From NCBI GenBank assembly GCA_965230295.1, contig OZ246001.1, positions 3,328,001 to 3,392,000 of the forward strand: a stretch of 64,000 nt of DNA. Reading direction: 5' to 3'. This DNA comes from Marinicella sp. Lineage in GTDB: Bacteria > Pseudomonadota > Gammaproteobacteria > Xanthomonadales > Marinicellaceae. The translations under genes and the position numbers were made by a program. A model generated the notes under the pieces. That model made no database searches, was not told where the DNA came from, and was given only the letters and a program-made list of their open reading frames with translations. This document shows, piece after piece, positions 18,611 through 28,853 of the stretch; position 1 is the stretch's first letter, and the number at the start of each line of letters is the position of its first letter.

Positions 18611-20875
18611 TTGGACAGCTGTGACCAGATCAGATTTAATGAATGGTTTTGGTATTTGGTGATCAGGCCTGGGTTCTATGCCAAATTCATCACGTGATAA
18701 CAAATCAGTGCTGTGACTTTGAACTTGCCAATTGATTGGCGTATTAGGATCCAGTTCTATCATAAGCTTGATGTCTTTTTTCCCGTCAAAATAATATTGC
18801 AACATCCGCTGGCCGGCATTGAGGGTAAGTGGTTCAGGCAAAACAGCTGAGCGGCCTTCAATACTTAGCTTATGAATAACCATGGCCGATTGGGTATATA
18901 TTTCTAATATTTCAGTGTTGTGGTGGGCCGAGAATACCACCTCTAAAGTGAGGTTCTCACCTTGTTTCATGGGTTTTGAAATTTCAAAGAGTATGGGCTG
19001 TAATGCCACTGGATCATCTTGCAAGACCAAGTTTTTCAGCGGTTTTTTATACTTATTCCAAAATGAATTCACCTCATCTTTGTTGGAGGTTTTTTCAAAA
19101 ATAGATTCATTCCAACCTGATGTTTCGACATCGTAGTGATAGAAATATCCGCGTTCATCATCAACATCATACAGGTATGAAATACTGGTGGGGTGGGGTT
19201 GTTGTGGGCTGATCGTTGGTTGGCTATAGAAGGGATAAATCAAAATTCCAATCGGTAATAACAGTAAAATCAAACCTTGTTTGGCATTTTTCATTGGGCT
19301 TACAACAGGTACAAATAAAGCCAATATGAACACCAACAAAACGGCTGTCATGGGCAAAGCAGCCATCCCCAGCGCAATGGGTAAATTAATCAACAACATG
19401 CCAACCAGGATGAATGCAATGGCAGCAGTAATGGGTGCGATTTGTTCTGAAATTTTTGGAGCAAATAACACGGCAATCAGGACAATGGCGGCCAGCAGCA
19501 CAGGAATCAACATGATGCCTGCACCGGGTAAATAATAGACCAATGGAGCGGTGATAAATACCCACAACAGAACAGCCACTTGCATCTGCTCCAATCTTTT
19601 ATTTTTGTTGAATAAACCATATGTGGTCATTGTGATGACGGCGGCACCGACAAGTAAACTTAACATGATCCAATGGCCTTGGTAGGGAAAGCCTTGCAAA
19701 ACATCTTTGGTCTCAGGGAACATCACGTTAATTAAATACAACAATAACCAGCACCAACCAGCTGCCAATACGCTGGCTAAGGACAGAGGAAGCAGTCCAG
19801 CTAACAGTCCTTTGATAGAAGTTTTTTGTTCTTTAAACCCATAGGCTATAGACACCAATAATGTCAGTGAGATGGTAAACAGGATGAACCAATTAAAGGC
19901 TGTAGAGTAACTGATGAGGCCCAGTAATGGGATTGTAAAATACACCAAAGAATCATCTGATTTAAGGTGGTTTAAATCAGCTTGTGAAAAATGTTTTACC
20001 ATACTGAAAACCTGAATGGCTTGGTGTGCCAATGTGTCGATGGATAAATTTTTTAAGCTGTCCAGTTGGGTATGGTAATTATGGTGGTCATCAATGAAAG
20101 CAAAATTGAAGCCATTGATTTTTCCTTGTTGATTGAAAGGTGTTAAGTCTGTGTCATTGGGCAACATGCGGTATATTTCATAGTGCAATGAAGTGGTCAC
20201 CGGCAAAGGTACTGAAGCCGCTTCAAAAGCTTCAATCATGGATTTGTTCCCGCTTACAGTTTCAGGCCACATCATGGCAGGTCCGCTGCTGCCGCGGGCT
20301 TCAAGGTTGATGATCAAGCCAATGTCATATTTATCCAACCTTTCGTTGATGAACGCTCGTGCACCCAGCAGGCCGATTTCTTCTGCATCTGTGAACAACA
20401 TCAGAATGTCATTTTTGGGTTTGGGTGCCGTTTTGATGAGGGCATTTATGGTCTCAAGAATAACGGCTACGCCACTGGCATCATCTCCAGCTCCGGTTGC
20501 TGAAAACTTAGCGGCATCGTAGTGAGACATCAATAGCAAATCTTTGGCGTTGGGGTCGGTGCCAGGATAAATGGCCATTATATTGGTGATTGGAGATGCT
20601 GTTTTATTTTTTGGGCTGAAGCTGGTCGTTCTGTGTTTGTTGACTTTTAAACCCATTTTTTGGAGTTCGGTGATCAAATACCGCTGGGCATCTTCATGGT
20701 AATACTCTCCAACAGCCCGTGGCCCCCGAGTCAAATGGTCCACATGTTTGATGACATTTTCTAGAAAGATACCATCGTAAAATAAATCCGGAGGCGTGTT
20801 TGAGGGGAAACTTAACTGGTATCCGCCCCATGAGATCAAGGTAAATAAAGCGATGTAAAATGCATTTTTTAGCAT
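18584..20875 (-). CDS. Membrane-bound M28 peptidase
   Basis: SHYD, GAGDDASG, DAEEIGLLGA, NLEARG, YHT followed by multiple TM helices. Confidence 0.9.
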   Translation of the reverse strand: MLKNAFYIALFTLISWGGYQLSFPSNTPPDLFYDGIFLENVIKHVDHLTRGPRAVGEYYHEDAQRYLITELQKMGLKVNKHRTTSFSPKNKTASPITNIMAIYPGTDPNAKDLLLMSHYDAAKFSATGAGDDASGVAVILETINALIKTAPKPKNDILMLFTDAEEIGLLGARAFINERLDKYDIGLIINLEARGSSGPAMMWPETVSGNKSMIEAFEAASVPLPVTTSLHYEIYRMLPNDTDLTPFNQQGKINGFNFAFIDDHHNYHTQLDSLKNLSIDTLAHQAIQVFSMVKHFSQADLNHLKSDDSLVYFTIPLLGLISYSTAFNWFILFTISLTLLVSIAYGFKEQKTSIKGLLAGLLPLSLASVLAAGWCWLLLYLINVMFPETKDVLQGFPYQGHWIMLSLLVGAAVITMTTYGLFNKNKRLEQMQVAVLLWVFITAPLVYYLPGAGIMLIPVLLAAIVLIAVLFAPKISEQIAPITAAIAFILVGMLLINLPIALGMAALPMTAVLLVFILALFVPVVSPMKNAKQGLILLLLPIGILIYPFYSQPTISPQQPHPTSISYLYDVDDERGYFYHYDVETSGWNESIFEKTSNKDEVNSFWNKYKKPLKNLVLQDDPVALQPILFEISKPMKQGENLTLEVVFSAHHNTEILEIYTQSAMVIHKLSIEGRSAVLPEPLTLNAGQRMLQYYFDGKKDIKLMIELDPNTPINWQVQSHSTDLLSRDEFGIEPRPDHQIPKPFIKSDLVTAVQSVTFDFDQ

Positions 20876-20953
20876 GATGATTGCGTTGGTTAATAAGCAC
20901 AATCACCTTATCACAAATCAGTGCTTTGAAGCAGAGAAGATTGCTGTCTTGCT

Positions 20954-22207
20954 TTATCCTCTTACAATGTGGGTACCCAGTTGATTGAGTTTTTCTTCAA
21001 TGGCTTCATAGCCTCTATCGATGTAATGGATGTCATGGACTTCGGTGGTGCCAGAAGCGGCCAACCCGGCCAATACCAATGATGCAGATGCACGTAAATC
21101 AGTGGCGGTAACGGGGGCTCCACTCAGTCCATCGACGCCTTTTATGATGGCCTGGTTGCCTTCAACATGAATGTTTGCACCCATGCGATTCAATTCTTCG
21201 ACATGCATGAACCTGTTTTCAAACAGCGTTTCAGTAATCACACTGGTACCATCAGCTATGGTGTTCAAGGCACAAAACTGCGCCTGCATATCGGTTGGGA
21301 ACGCAGGGTGAGGTGCGGTTCTGATGTCAACTGGTGTGGGTCTTTTGCCATGCATGTTTAAACTGACTGAATTTTCAGTGGTTGTGATTTCAGCGCCTGC
21401 TTCGGTCAATTTATCAAATACGGCATCTAAATCATTGTTGCATGAGTTGTTGATGGTTATGGAACCACCAGTAATCGCTGCAGCCACTAAAAATGTACCT
21501 ATTTCAATGCGGTCTGGCATCACCGCATGGTGGGTTCCGGTCAATTGCTCTTTGCCTTGAATGTAAATTTTAGAGGTGCCTTCACCTTTGATGTCTGCAC
21601 CCATGGCTTTCAGGTATTTGGCTAAATCCACAACCTCCGGTTCTATGGCTGCATTTTCAATCAAGGTTTCACCTTTGGCTAAACAGGCAGCTATCATGAT
21701 GTTTTCAGTACCTGTTACTGTCACTTTGTCCATCACGATTCGATTGCCTTGTAAACGATCACAAGAGGCCAATATATACCCATCTTTAACATCTATTTGA
21801 GCGCCCATGGCTTGTAGACCCTTGATGTGGAGATCAACTGGCCTGGCTCCAATTGGGCACCCTCCTGGTAAAGACACTTTGGCGCGACCGTATCTGGCTA
21901 CCAATGGACCCAAAGCCAATATGGAAGCTCGCATGGTTTTAACGGTTTCATATGGCGCCGTTTGATTGTTCAAATGATCCGTACAGATGGTGATGTCTGC
22001 GTGGTGATCGACAGTGAGTTCAGCACCCATTTGAACCAACAACTCATTCATGGTGGTTACGTCATGTAAATGAGGTACACGGGATATGTGTGATTCACCT
22101 TGCCCGACAATGGTGGCTGCCAGTATGGGCAGAACGGCATTTTTTGCGCCAGAAGCGTTGATGGTTCCTTGAATGGTATGTCCGCCAGTGATGGTGATTT
22201 TGTTCAT
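20954..22207 (-). CDS. murA: UDP-N-acetylglucosamine 1-carboxyvinyltransferase
   Basis: [28 protein letters not shown]. Confidence 0.99.
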   Translation of the reverse strand: MNKITITGGHTIQGTINASGAKNAVLPILAATIVGQGESHISRVPHLHDVTTMNELLVQMGAELTVDHHADITICTDHLNNQTAPYETVKTMRASILALGPLVARYGRAKVSLPGGCPIGARPVDLHIKGLQAMGAQIDVKDGYILASCDRLQGNRIVMDKVTVTGTENIMIAACLAKGETLIENAAIEPEVVDLAKYLKAMGADIKGEGTSKIYIQGKEQLTGTHHAVMPDRIEIGTFLVAAAITGGSITINNSCNNDLDAVFDKLTEAGAEITTTENSVSLNMHGKRPTPVDIRTAPHPAFPTDMQAQFCALNTIADGTSVITETLFENRFMHVEELNRMGANIHVEGNQAIIKGVDGLSGAPVTATDLRASASLVLAGLAASGTTEVHDIHYIDRGYEAIEEKLNQLGTHIVRG

Positions 22208-22226
22208 GCTGTTGTCCTTTGGGCTT

Positions 22227-22472
22227 TTATTGCTGAGTGACTTGCTGGTACTCTTCAGGTGTTAGGGCTTTGATGCTTAAAGCATGAATGTCTGCTTCCA
22301 TGTGTTTGCCCAGGGCTTGGTATATCATGCGATGACGTTTGATTTTCATCAATCCATTGAATTCGGCAGAAACCACCAGTGCTTCATAATGGCGTTGATC
22401 TTCACCACTGACTTCAAGGTGTTCGCAGTTGATCTGTGCTGAAAGTAATTTTTTGACTTCGTTGGGGTGCAT
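22227..22472 (-). CDS. ibaG: BolA/IbaG family protein
   Basis: [19 protein letters not shown]; immediately upstream of murA. Confidence 0.85.
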   Translation of the reverse strand: MHPNEVKKLLSAQINCEHLEVSGEDQRHYEALVVSAEFNGLMKIKRHRMIYQALGKHMEADIHALSIKALTPEEYQQVTQQ

Positions 22473-22634
22473 GAATCGTAATTGTTTGTTTGTTGAGGGC
22501 GCATTATCTTGTAAAATAGATCGTTTATAAAGTAGTTGTCATCATTTTTTTTAACCAATGATGATTTTGTGTGCTCCACCCTCTAACCATATTGAGGGTT
22601 TGGAACTCTAAAAATAAGGATAAAACTAAAAATT

Positions 22635-23603
22635 ATGCTGGAATCTTCACTTTATTTAGTGGCTGGTCTTGCCTTACTCATTTATGCCGCTGATAAGTTT
22701 GTATTGGGAGCAGCATCAACTGCCAAACACATGGGTGTGTCTACCATGTTGGTGGGTCTGATTATTGTCGGGTTTGGAACCTCTGCCCCGGAAATGGTGG
22801 TTTCAGCCATTGCTTCATTCAAAGGTAACTCGGGTCTGGCATTGGGTAATGCCGTGGGTTCAAACATCACCAATGTGGCTTTGGTATTGGGTGTTGGGCT
22901 ACTGATTGTACCCATGAGTATCAAATCACAAACCATCAAACGAGAAATGCCCATATTGTTATTGGTTACTTTGATGGTGTTGTTCTTGTTGATAGATTTG
23001 AAATTAACTTTTATCGATGGTGTCATCTTAATCACCAGTATGTTCATCGTCACAGGTTTCTTGTTGGTCATTGGTATGAAGAGTGATCGCGATCAATTCA
23101 GTGATGAATTTGAAGCTGAATATGATTTGGACATCAGCTTAAATAAAGCCATTGCCTTTCTGATTTTTGGGATTGTCATGTTACCCATAGCCTCTCAGGC
23201 GATGGTCAAGGGTGCTACTGAGATCGCGCTGTTATTTGGTGTTTCTGATATGGTTATTGGTTTAACCATTGTGGCTTTAGGAACCTCTTTACCTGAATTG
23301 GCCGCCACCATTGCCAGTGCCATGAAAAAAGAACATGATTTGGCCATCGGCAATATTGTTGGGTCAAACATGTTCAACCTGTTAGGAGTCATCGGCATAT
23401 CTGGTTTAATCAGAGAGTATGAATTCACTGCACATTTCATCAAATATGATTATTTTTACATGTTGATGCTGACGGTCTTTTTGTTTTTGGCTTCAGTTTA
23501 TTTTGTTCTTAAAGATCGTTTTATTTCGCGAATGATTGGATTGGTGCTGGTGTTGATGTACATTACTTACATGATCTGGTTGTATTTTAGTGAAGGCATA
23601 TGA
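22635..23603 (+). CDS. yrbG: Calcium/sodium antiporter (YrbG-like)
   Basis: Alpha repeats GTSAPE/GSNI and GTSLPE/GSNM; upstream of kdsD. Confidence 0.9.
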   Translation: MLESSLYLVAGLALLIYAADKFVLGAASTAKHMGVSTMLVGLIIVGFGTSAPEMVVSAIASFKGNSGLALGNAVGSNITNVALVLGVGLLIVPMSIKSQTIKREMPILLLVTLMVLFLLIDLKLTFIDGVILITSMFIVTGFLLVIGMKSDRDQFSDEFEAEYDLDISLNKAIAFLIFGIVMLPIASQAMVKGATEIALLFGVSDMVIGLTIVALGTSLPELAATIASAMKKEHDLAIGNIVGSNMFNLLGVIGISGLIREYEFTAHFIKYDYFYMLMLTVFLFLASVYFVLKDRFISRMIGLVLVLMYITYMIWLYFSEGI

Positions 23604-24577
23604 ATTCAATGAATACCGAACAAATTCTTCAACAAGCTCAAACTGTTTTTGCCATTGAGCAGGCTGGCTTACAGACGTTACAACAAAATTTGGGCGACAC
23701 ATTTGTTGATGTGATCAAGACCATGATGGCCTGCCAAGGTCACATTGTAGTGATTGGTATGGGTAAATCTGGTCACATTGGTAATAAGATTTCAGCCACA
23801 TTGGCATCGACAGGCACCCCGGCATTCTTTGTTCATCCGGGTGAGGCCAGTCATGGCGATTTAGGCATGATAACGGCAGGTGATGTGGTACTGGCCATTT
23901 CTAACTCGGGTGAGACTGAAGAGGTTTTAACGATTTTGCCAGTGATCAAGCGCATGGGGGCCAAATTAATTTCGATGACTGGCAAACCTGCTTCTACATT
24001 GGCTAAAAACTCAGACATCCATCTCGATGTTTCAGTGGCCGAAGAGGCCTGTCCATTGGGGCTGGCACCAACCACCAGTACCACGGCAACCCTGGTCATG
24101 GGAGATGCATTGGCAGTGACATTATTGGAACTGAGGGGTTTTACCAAAGAAGATTTTGCCCGATCTCATCCAGCCGGTTCATTGGGCAAGAAACTTTTAT
24201 TGGGAATCAAGGACGTGATGCGAACTGGTGATGCAGTGCCTCAAGTTGATCAAACCGCCTCATTCAGCGAAGCACTGTTGGAAATGAACAGCAAAGGTTT
24301 GGGCATGACTGCTGTCACCCATCAACAATCGGTGGTTGGGGTTTTTACTGATGGCGACTTACGTCGGACATTGAATGAATTTGATCAATTTAAACAAAAG
24401 CCCATTGGCGAATTGGCCACATTAAACCCCGTGATGATAAAACAAGATAAAATGGCTGTTGAAGCAGCACAAATCATGGAAACCCATAAAATCCATTCTT
24501 TGTTGGTGGTGAATGATGACAATCAATTGGTTGGTGCCTTAAATATTCACGATTTATTAATGGCTGGAGTGGTTTGA
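23600..24577 (+). CDS. kdsD: Arabinose-5-phosphate isomerase
   Basis: SIS domain GMGKSGHIG, EASHGDLG, plus CBS pair. Confidence 0.96.
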   Translation: MNSMNTEQILQQAQTVFAIEQAGLQTLQQNLGDTFVDVIKTMMACQGHIVVIGMGKSGHIGNKISATLASTGTPAFFVHPGEASHGDLGMITAGDVVLAISNSGETEEVLTILPVIKRMGAKLISMTGKPASTLAKNSDIHLDVSVAEEACPLGLAPTTSTTATLVMGDALAVTLLELRGFTKEDFARSHPAGSLGKKLLLGIKDVMRTGDAVPQVDQTASFSEALLEMNSKGLGMTAVTHQQSVVGVFTDGDLRRTLNEFDQFKQKPIGELATLNPVMIKQDKMAVEAAQIMETHKIHSLLVVNDDNQLVGALNIHDLLMAGVV

Positions 24578-25107
24578 TGGAGTTCAGTGAAGAAATATGG
24601 GATATGGCCAAGCAGATAAAGCTGGTTATATTTGATGTAGATGGGGTGCTGACAGATGGTGGTTTGTACTTCACTGATGATGGCAGAGAAATCAAAAAGT
24701 TTAATGTGAAAGACGGCTTGGGCATCTCAATTTTAGTTAAGAAGGGCATTGAAGTGGCTGTGATCACAGGCAGAAGTTCTGTCATTGTTGCTGATCGGAT
24801 GAAATCTTTGGGTGTTAATCATGTCTATCAAGGTAGGATGAATAAATTAGAAACCTATGAAAACTTAAAAGTGGCCTTGAATATTTCTGATGATGAAGTG
24901 GCATTTGTTGGTGATGACATCATTGATTTGCCCATCATGTCACGCTGTTCTTTGTCAGTAGCGGTTGCTGATGCACACCAAGATGTTAAATCAGAAGCTT
25001 GTTTGGTGCTGAACAAACGTGGTGGCATGGGAGCTGCACGAGATGTGTGTGATTTGATCATGAAGGCCCAGGGGTTGGCCCATGATTTTTGTCAAAGCCA
25101 ACAATGA
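24577..25107 (+). CDS. kdsC: KDO-8-phosphate phosphatase
   Basis: DVDGVLTDG, GDDIIDLP HAD motifs. Confidence 0.96.
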   Translation: MEFSEEIWDMAKQIKLVIFDVDGVLTDGGLYFTDDGREIKKFNVKDGLGISILVKKGIEVAVITGRSSVIVADRMKSLGVNHVYQGRMNKLETYENLKVALNISDDEVAFVGDDIIDLPIMSRCSLSVAVADAHQDVKSEACLVLNKRGGMGAARDVCDLIMKAQGLAHDFCQSQQ

Positions 25108-25658
25108 TTGATGCCGCTAGATTTAAACAGCTGTTGCTGTTTAGCTTGTTGACAGTCTTGAGCTATGGCGTCTATGAACGCTTTTTCAATTTATCGACCA
25201 ATGACAAGTACAAAGCATTTACCAAAGGCTATGCCCTCACTGGTGTAGTGATCAAGTCCACTGATGAAACGGGAGCAGTGGTCACCACAGTACAATCACC
25301 AGCCATCACCCACTATGCAGACTCGGAAGTGACTGTGATTGAGCAGCCAAACATCACCTTGCATGAAGCCCAGGGAAATTGGGTGTTCACTTCAGAATCA
25401 GGTCAAATCAACCCGGATAAAACAGAAATATATTTTCCCGAGCAAGTGGTTGTTAATTTAGACAGTGAATCGGAAAATCCTATCACCATCACCACCAGTG
25501 CTTTAGAAGTCAATGTAATTGATAAAATTGGTAAAACCAAAGCGGAATTGAAGCTGGATGAAGTGGGAACCATGTTGAAAGGTTTGGGTGCGGTGATTAA
25601 CTTTAATCAACAAGAAATAGAAATATTGAGTGAGATGTATGCAGAATTTGAAAACTAA
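25104..25658 (+). CDS. lptC: LPS export protein LptC
   Basis: N-terminal TM plus beta-jellyroll; position between kdsC and lptA. Confidence 0.85.
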   Translation: MIDAARFKQLLLFSLLTVLSYGVYERFFNLSTNDKYKAFTKGYALTGVVIKSTDETGAVVTTVQSPAITHYADSEVTVIEQPNITLHEAQGNWVFTSESGQINPDKTEIYFPEQVVVNLDSESENPITITTSALEVNVIDKIGKTKAELKLDEVGTMLKGLGAVINFNQQEIEILSEMYAEFEN

Positions 25659-26124
25659 TTTAACATTGGCTTTGTTGTTTTCTTCAACAGGACTATGGGC
25701 ACTGGACAGTGACAGAGCGGCCAAGATTGTGATCCAGGGGCCGGGTTGTGTCACTAAACTTAAGGACAACCAAACTGAGTGCAATAATGGGTTGACCATT
25801 GAACAAGGTTCCCTGTTGATAAAATCCACTTATGGCATGATCAATCACAAAAACAAGGGCATAGAAAGTGTTTTGATGAAAGGTGATCAAGTCTATATGG
25901 AGCAAATGATGGAAGATCAGGACAAAATGATCATCAAGGCCAACCAAATTGATTACCGCAAAGAGGCCGAAAAAGTTTACTTGTCTGGTAACGTCAGCAT
26001 CAAAAGTTCTATTGGTGTCACTACCGGTGAGAATATTGAATTCGACTTAAAAACACAGGAAATCATTTCAGCCGGAAACGATAACAAACAATTCAGAATG
26101 GAAATTGACCAAAAAGATGATTGA
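25639..26124 (+). CDS. lptA: LPS transport periplasmic protein LptA
   Basis: Signal peptide, ALDSDR, IEQGSLLI; synteny. Confidence 0.85.
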   Translation: MQNLKTNLTLALLFSSTGLWALDSDRAAKIVIQGPGCVTKLKDNQTECNNGLTIEQGSLLIKSTYGMINHKNKGIESVLMKGDQVYMEQMMEDQDKMIIKANQIDYRKEAEKVYLSGNVSIKSSIGVTTGENIEFDLKTQEIISAGNDNKQFRMEIDQKDD

Positions 26125-26836
26125 AGCATTTAACATTGTTAAGAGCTACCAGAAAAGGCAGGTCATTTCTGACGTTTCATTCAAAGTCAATCAAGGAGAA
26201 GTGGTTGGTTTGCTGGGACCCAATGGCGCAGGTAAGACCACTTGTTTTTATATGGTGGTGGGCTTGATTCCTGTGGACAGTGGTCACATTATCATAGATT
26301 CCATTGACTCTACAAAGTTTGGCATGCATGAGCGTGCCAAATTAGGCTTGGGCTATTTACCTCAAGAAGCATCGGTGTTCAGAAAACTGTCTGTTAAGGA
26401 CAACATCATGGCTGTGCTTGAGCTCAGAAAAGACCTGAGCAAATTGCAAAAAGAAAGCCGGTGTTTGGAGTTGTTAGAAGAACTCAATGTGGAACATGTC
26501 AAAAATCAATTGGGCATCAGCCTTTCTGGTGGTGAGCGCAGAAGGGTGGAAATTGCCAGGTCTTTAGCCATGGAACCCAAATACATACTGTTGGATGAAC
26601 CCTTTGCTGGTGTGGATCCTGTTTCAGTGATTGACATACAAAAGATAGTCTATCATTTGAAAAGTAAAAACATCGGAGTGCTGATTACTGATCACAATGT
26701 CAGGGAAACACTGGGGATTTGTGACCGTGCTTATGTGCTGAAGGAGGGCGGGATGCTTGCCAAGGGTAAACCAGAAGAAATCATCAGTAATCCAGATGTT
26801 AAGCGTGTGTATCTGGGTCAAGATTTTTCGATGTGA
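26117..26836 (+). CDS. lptB: LPS export ABC ATPase
   Basis: GPNGAGKTT, LSGGERRRVEIAR, ITDHNVRETL. Confidence 0.98.
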   Translation: MIEAFNIVKSYQKRQVISDVSFKVNQGEVVGLLGPNGAGKTTCFYMVVGLIPVDSGHIIIDSIDSTKFGMHERAKLGLGYLPQEASVFRKLSVKDNIMAVLELRKDLSKLQKESRCLELLEELNVEHVKNQLGISLSGGERRRVEIARSLAMEPKYILLDEPFAGVDPVSVIDIQKIVYHLKSKNIGVLITDHNVRETLGICDRAYVLKEGGMLAKGKPEEIISNPDVKRVYLGQDFSM

Positions 26837-26851
26837 TAAATGGTAATTGGG

Positions 26852-26880
26852 TTGAATTTGACTGCTGTTTTGGTTATATT
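26852..26880 (+). promoter_or_regulatory. sigma70 promoter for the small ORF and hpf
   Basis: TTGAAT-N17-TATATT, followed by an AGGAG SD. Confidence 0.55.
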
Positions 26881-26897
26881 AATAAAGCAGGAGAAAA

Positions 26898-27113
26898 ATG
26901 AAAATAATTACTCGAGTCCAGTTGCCTAAAGCCCCTCTTAAAGTTCTTCTCTCTTGCGTCAATCTAATTCACAAAGGCATTGCAGCAGGACTGGTTATTC
27001 AAATTCAGCTTCTCATTGAATCCATAAGCACCCAATCAAATGACATTGTATTTGAATCGGTACCTGTACCATTGTTGCCTACTGTGGGTAACATCAATGA
27101 GAAATTCCATTAA
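26898..27113 (+). CDS. 71-aa protein in the rpoN syntenic slot, possible sigma54 Region I remnant
   Basis: Strong SD and upstream promoter; LxxxIxLLxxS-x15-PLL pattern matches RpoN Region I. Confidence 0.5.
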   Translation: MKIITRVQLPKAPLKVLLSCVNLIHKGIAAGLVIQIQLLIESISTQSNDIVFESVPVPLLPTVGNINEKFH

Positions 27114-27150
27114 GTTGAGCCACATGGCTCAAAGAATGAGGTTAAGTAAT

Positions 27151-27477
27151 ATGCATTTAACAATCACTGGTCACCAACTAGAAGTCACTGATCCTATCAA
27201 AGAATACATCGAAACTAAATTTGAGCGAATAAAAAGGCATTTTGATCAAGTATTGAATGCACATGTGATCATCAGTGTAGAAAAAGTGAGACATAAGTCA
27301 GAAGCGACAATGCATATAGGGGGTAGGGATTTTTTTGCAGACTCTACCGAAGATCATTTGTATAAATCGATTGATTTGTTGGTGGATAAACTGGACAAAC
27401 AAATCAGACGTCATAAGGATAAAATGAGCAATCATCATCGAGAAGAAGTGTTCAAAATGAATCAAGCCAGCTATTAA
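27151..27477 (+). CDS. hpf: Ribosome hibernation promoting factor
   Basis: MHLTITGHQLEVT...LYKSIDLLVDKLDKQIRRHKDK. Confidence 0.95.
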   Translation: MHLTITGHQLEVTDPIKEYIETKFERIKRHFDQVLNAHVIISVEKVRHKSEATMHIGGRDFFADSTEDHLYKSIDLLVDKLDKQIRRHKDKMSNHHREEVFKMNQASY

Positions 27478-27503
27478 ATAAATTAATAGGTTTGAATTTT
27501 AAT

Positions 27504-27532
27504 AAAGGCTTAACATGGCGTTAAGCCTTTTT
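27504..27532 (+). terminator. Intrinsic terminator after hpf
   Basis: AAAGGCTTAAC-atggc-GTTAAGCCTTT followed by TT. Confidence 0.75.
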
Positions 27533-27543
27533 AGTGGTTAACC

Positions 27544-28011
27544 ATGAAAATAATTGATATTTTAGAAGAGGATAAAATGGTGCTGAACCACCATTTTATC
27601 AGCAAGAAAAGGTTGTTTGAAACCATGGCTCAGCTGTTGGCTGAAAATAATGCTGAAGCCTTGAATATTTACCACAGTTTCGTTGAAAGGGAAAAGTTAG
27701 GCAATACCTCATTAGGTAATGGTGTGGCAGTTCCACACGGAAAGTGCTTGCCAGAAAATGACATCAGAGCCTGTGTTATCAAAATGTCGCAACCTGCTGA
27801 TTATGAGAGCATTGATGATGTTAAGGTCAGTGTGGTTATTGGCATTGCTTTTCCTAAATTGATTAACAAATATCACCATGCACTGATGAAGGATACCGCT
27901 TTCCTGTTTCGTCAACACCGGCTGTTCAAGAACCTCATATTGGCAGACACCAAGGAGCAACTCACCGAAGAAATATTAAAAGGCTTTCAGCTATGCAACA
28001 ATTGGTCATAA
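27544..28011 (+). CDS. ptsN: PTS EIIA(Ntr)-like protein
   Basis: SKKRLFE, EREKLGNTSLGNGVAVPHG with the phospho-His. Confidence 0.85.
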   Translation: MKIIDILEEDKMVLNHHFISKKRLFETMAQLLAENNAEALNIYHSFVEREKLGNTSLGNGVAVPHGKCLPENDIRACVIKMSQPADYESIDDVKVSVVIGIAFPKLINKYHHALMKDTAFLFRQHRLFKNLILADTKEQLTEEILKGFQLCNNWS

Positions 28012-28853
28012 TTACAGGGTTATCAGGCGCAGGTAAAACTGTGGCACTGCGTTCAATGGAGGATATGGAGTTTTATTGTGTTGATAACTTACCAGTTAAT
28101 ATGTTGCAGCAATTCTCACAACACATCAGTTCTGATAAAGAGTTTTATCCCAAAGTGGCTGTGGGGATTGATATCAGAAGTAACAACAAAGACTTAAGTG
28201 CTTTTAAGGATTTAATTGCAAATATCGATCAAAGTGTACTGAATATAAAGGTAATTTTCCTATCAGCTGACCCCAAAACAGTTCTCAAGAGGTACTCAGA
28301 AACCAGACGAAGGCACCCATTATCAACAGATAATCATAAATACAGCCTGACAGAAGCGATCAAAATTGAAAATGAGTTGATGAGTGATTTTAAATTACAT
28401 GCTGACTTGATCATCGACACCAGCCAACTAAAGATTCAGCAACTCAAACAACAAATTTGGCAAATCATGAGTCAGCCCAATAAACACGTTTCTGTCATCG
28501 TTAAATCTTTTGCATTTAAGCGTGGCGTTCCTTTTGATGCTGATTTTGTATTTGATGCCCGTTGTTTACCCAATCCATATTGGCAGCATGAGTTGCGCAC
28601 ACAAACGGGACGTGATGAAGCTGTCAAAGAATTTTTAGGTCAGAAGCATATAGTCAAAGAATACTTGGATGATTTGTGTTTCTTTGCAAAGAAGTGGATC
28701 AGTCAATTCGAGGCCAATGACCGAAGCTATATCACCATTGCCATTGGATGCACAGGCGGTCAACATCGTTCAGTCTATTTGGTGGAAGCATTGCATGAGT
28801 TTTTAGAAAAAAAATCCATCAAGAATATGATGCAGCACCGGGAACTGAGTTGA
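27993..28853 (+). CDS. rapZ: RNase adapter RapZ
   Basis: GLSGAGKT, VDNLP, GCTGGQHRSV. Confidence 0.97.
   Translation: MQQLVIITGLSGAGKTVALRSMEDMEFYCVDNLPVNMLQQFSQHISSDKEFYPKVAVGIDIRSNNKDLSAFKDLIANIDQSVLNIKVIFLSADPKTVLKRYSETRRRHPLSTDNHKYSLTEAIKIENELMSDFKLHADLIIDTSQLKIQQLKQQIWQIMSQPNKHVSVIVKSFAFKRGVPFDADFVFDARCLPNPYWQHELRTQTGRDEAVKEFLGQKHIVKEYLDDLCFFAKKWISQFEANDRSYITIAIGCTGGQHRSVYLVEALHEFLEKKSIKNMMQHRELS

Noticed and set aside
27040-27150. N-terminal extension of Hpf in the 145-aa ORF call
   Set aside because: Homology begins at ATG 27151, which has its own GAGG SD
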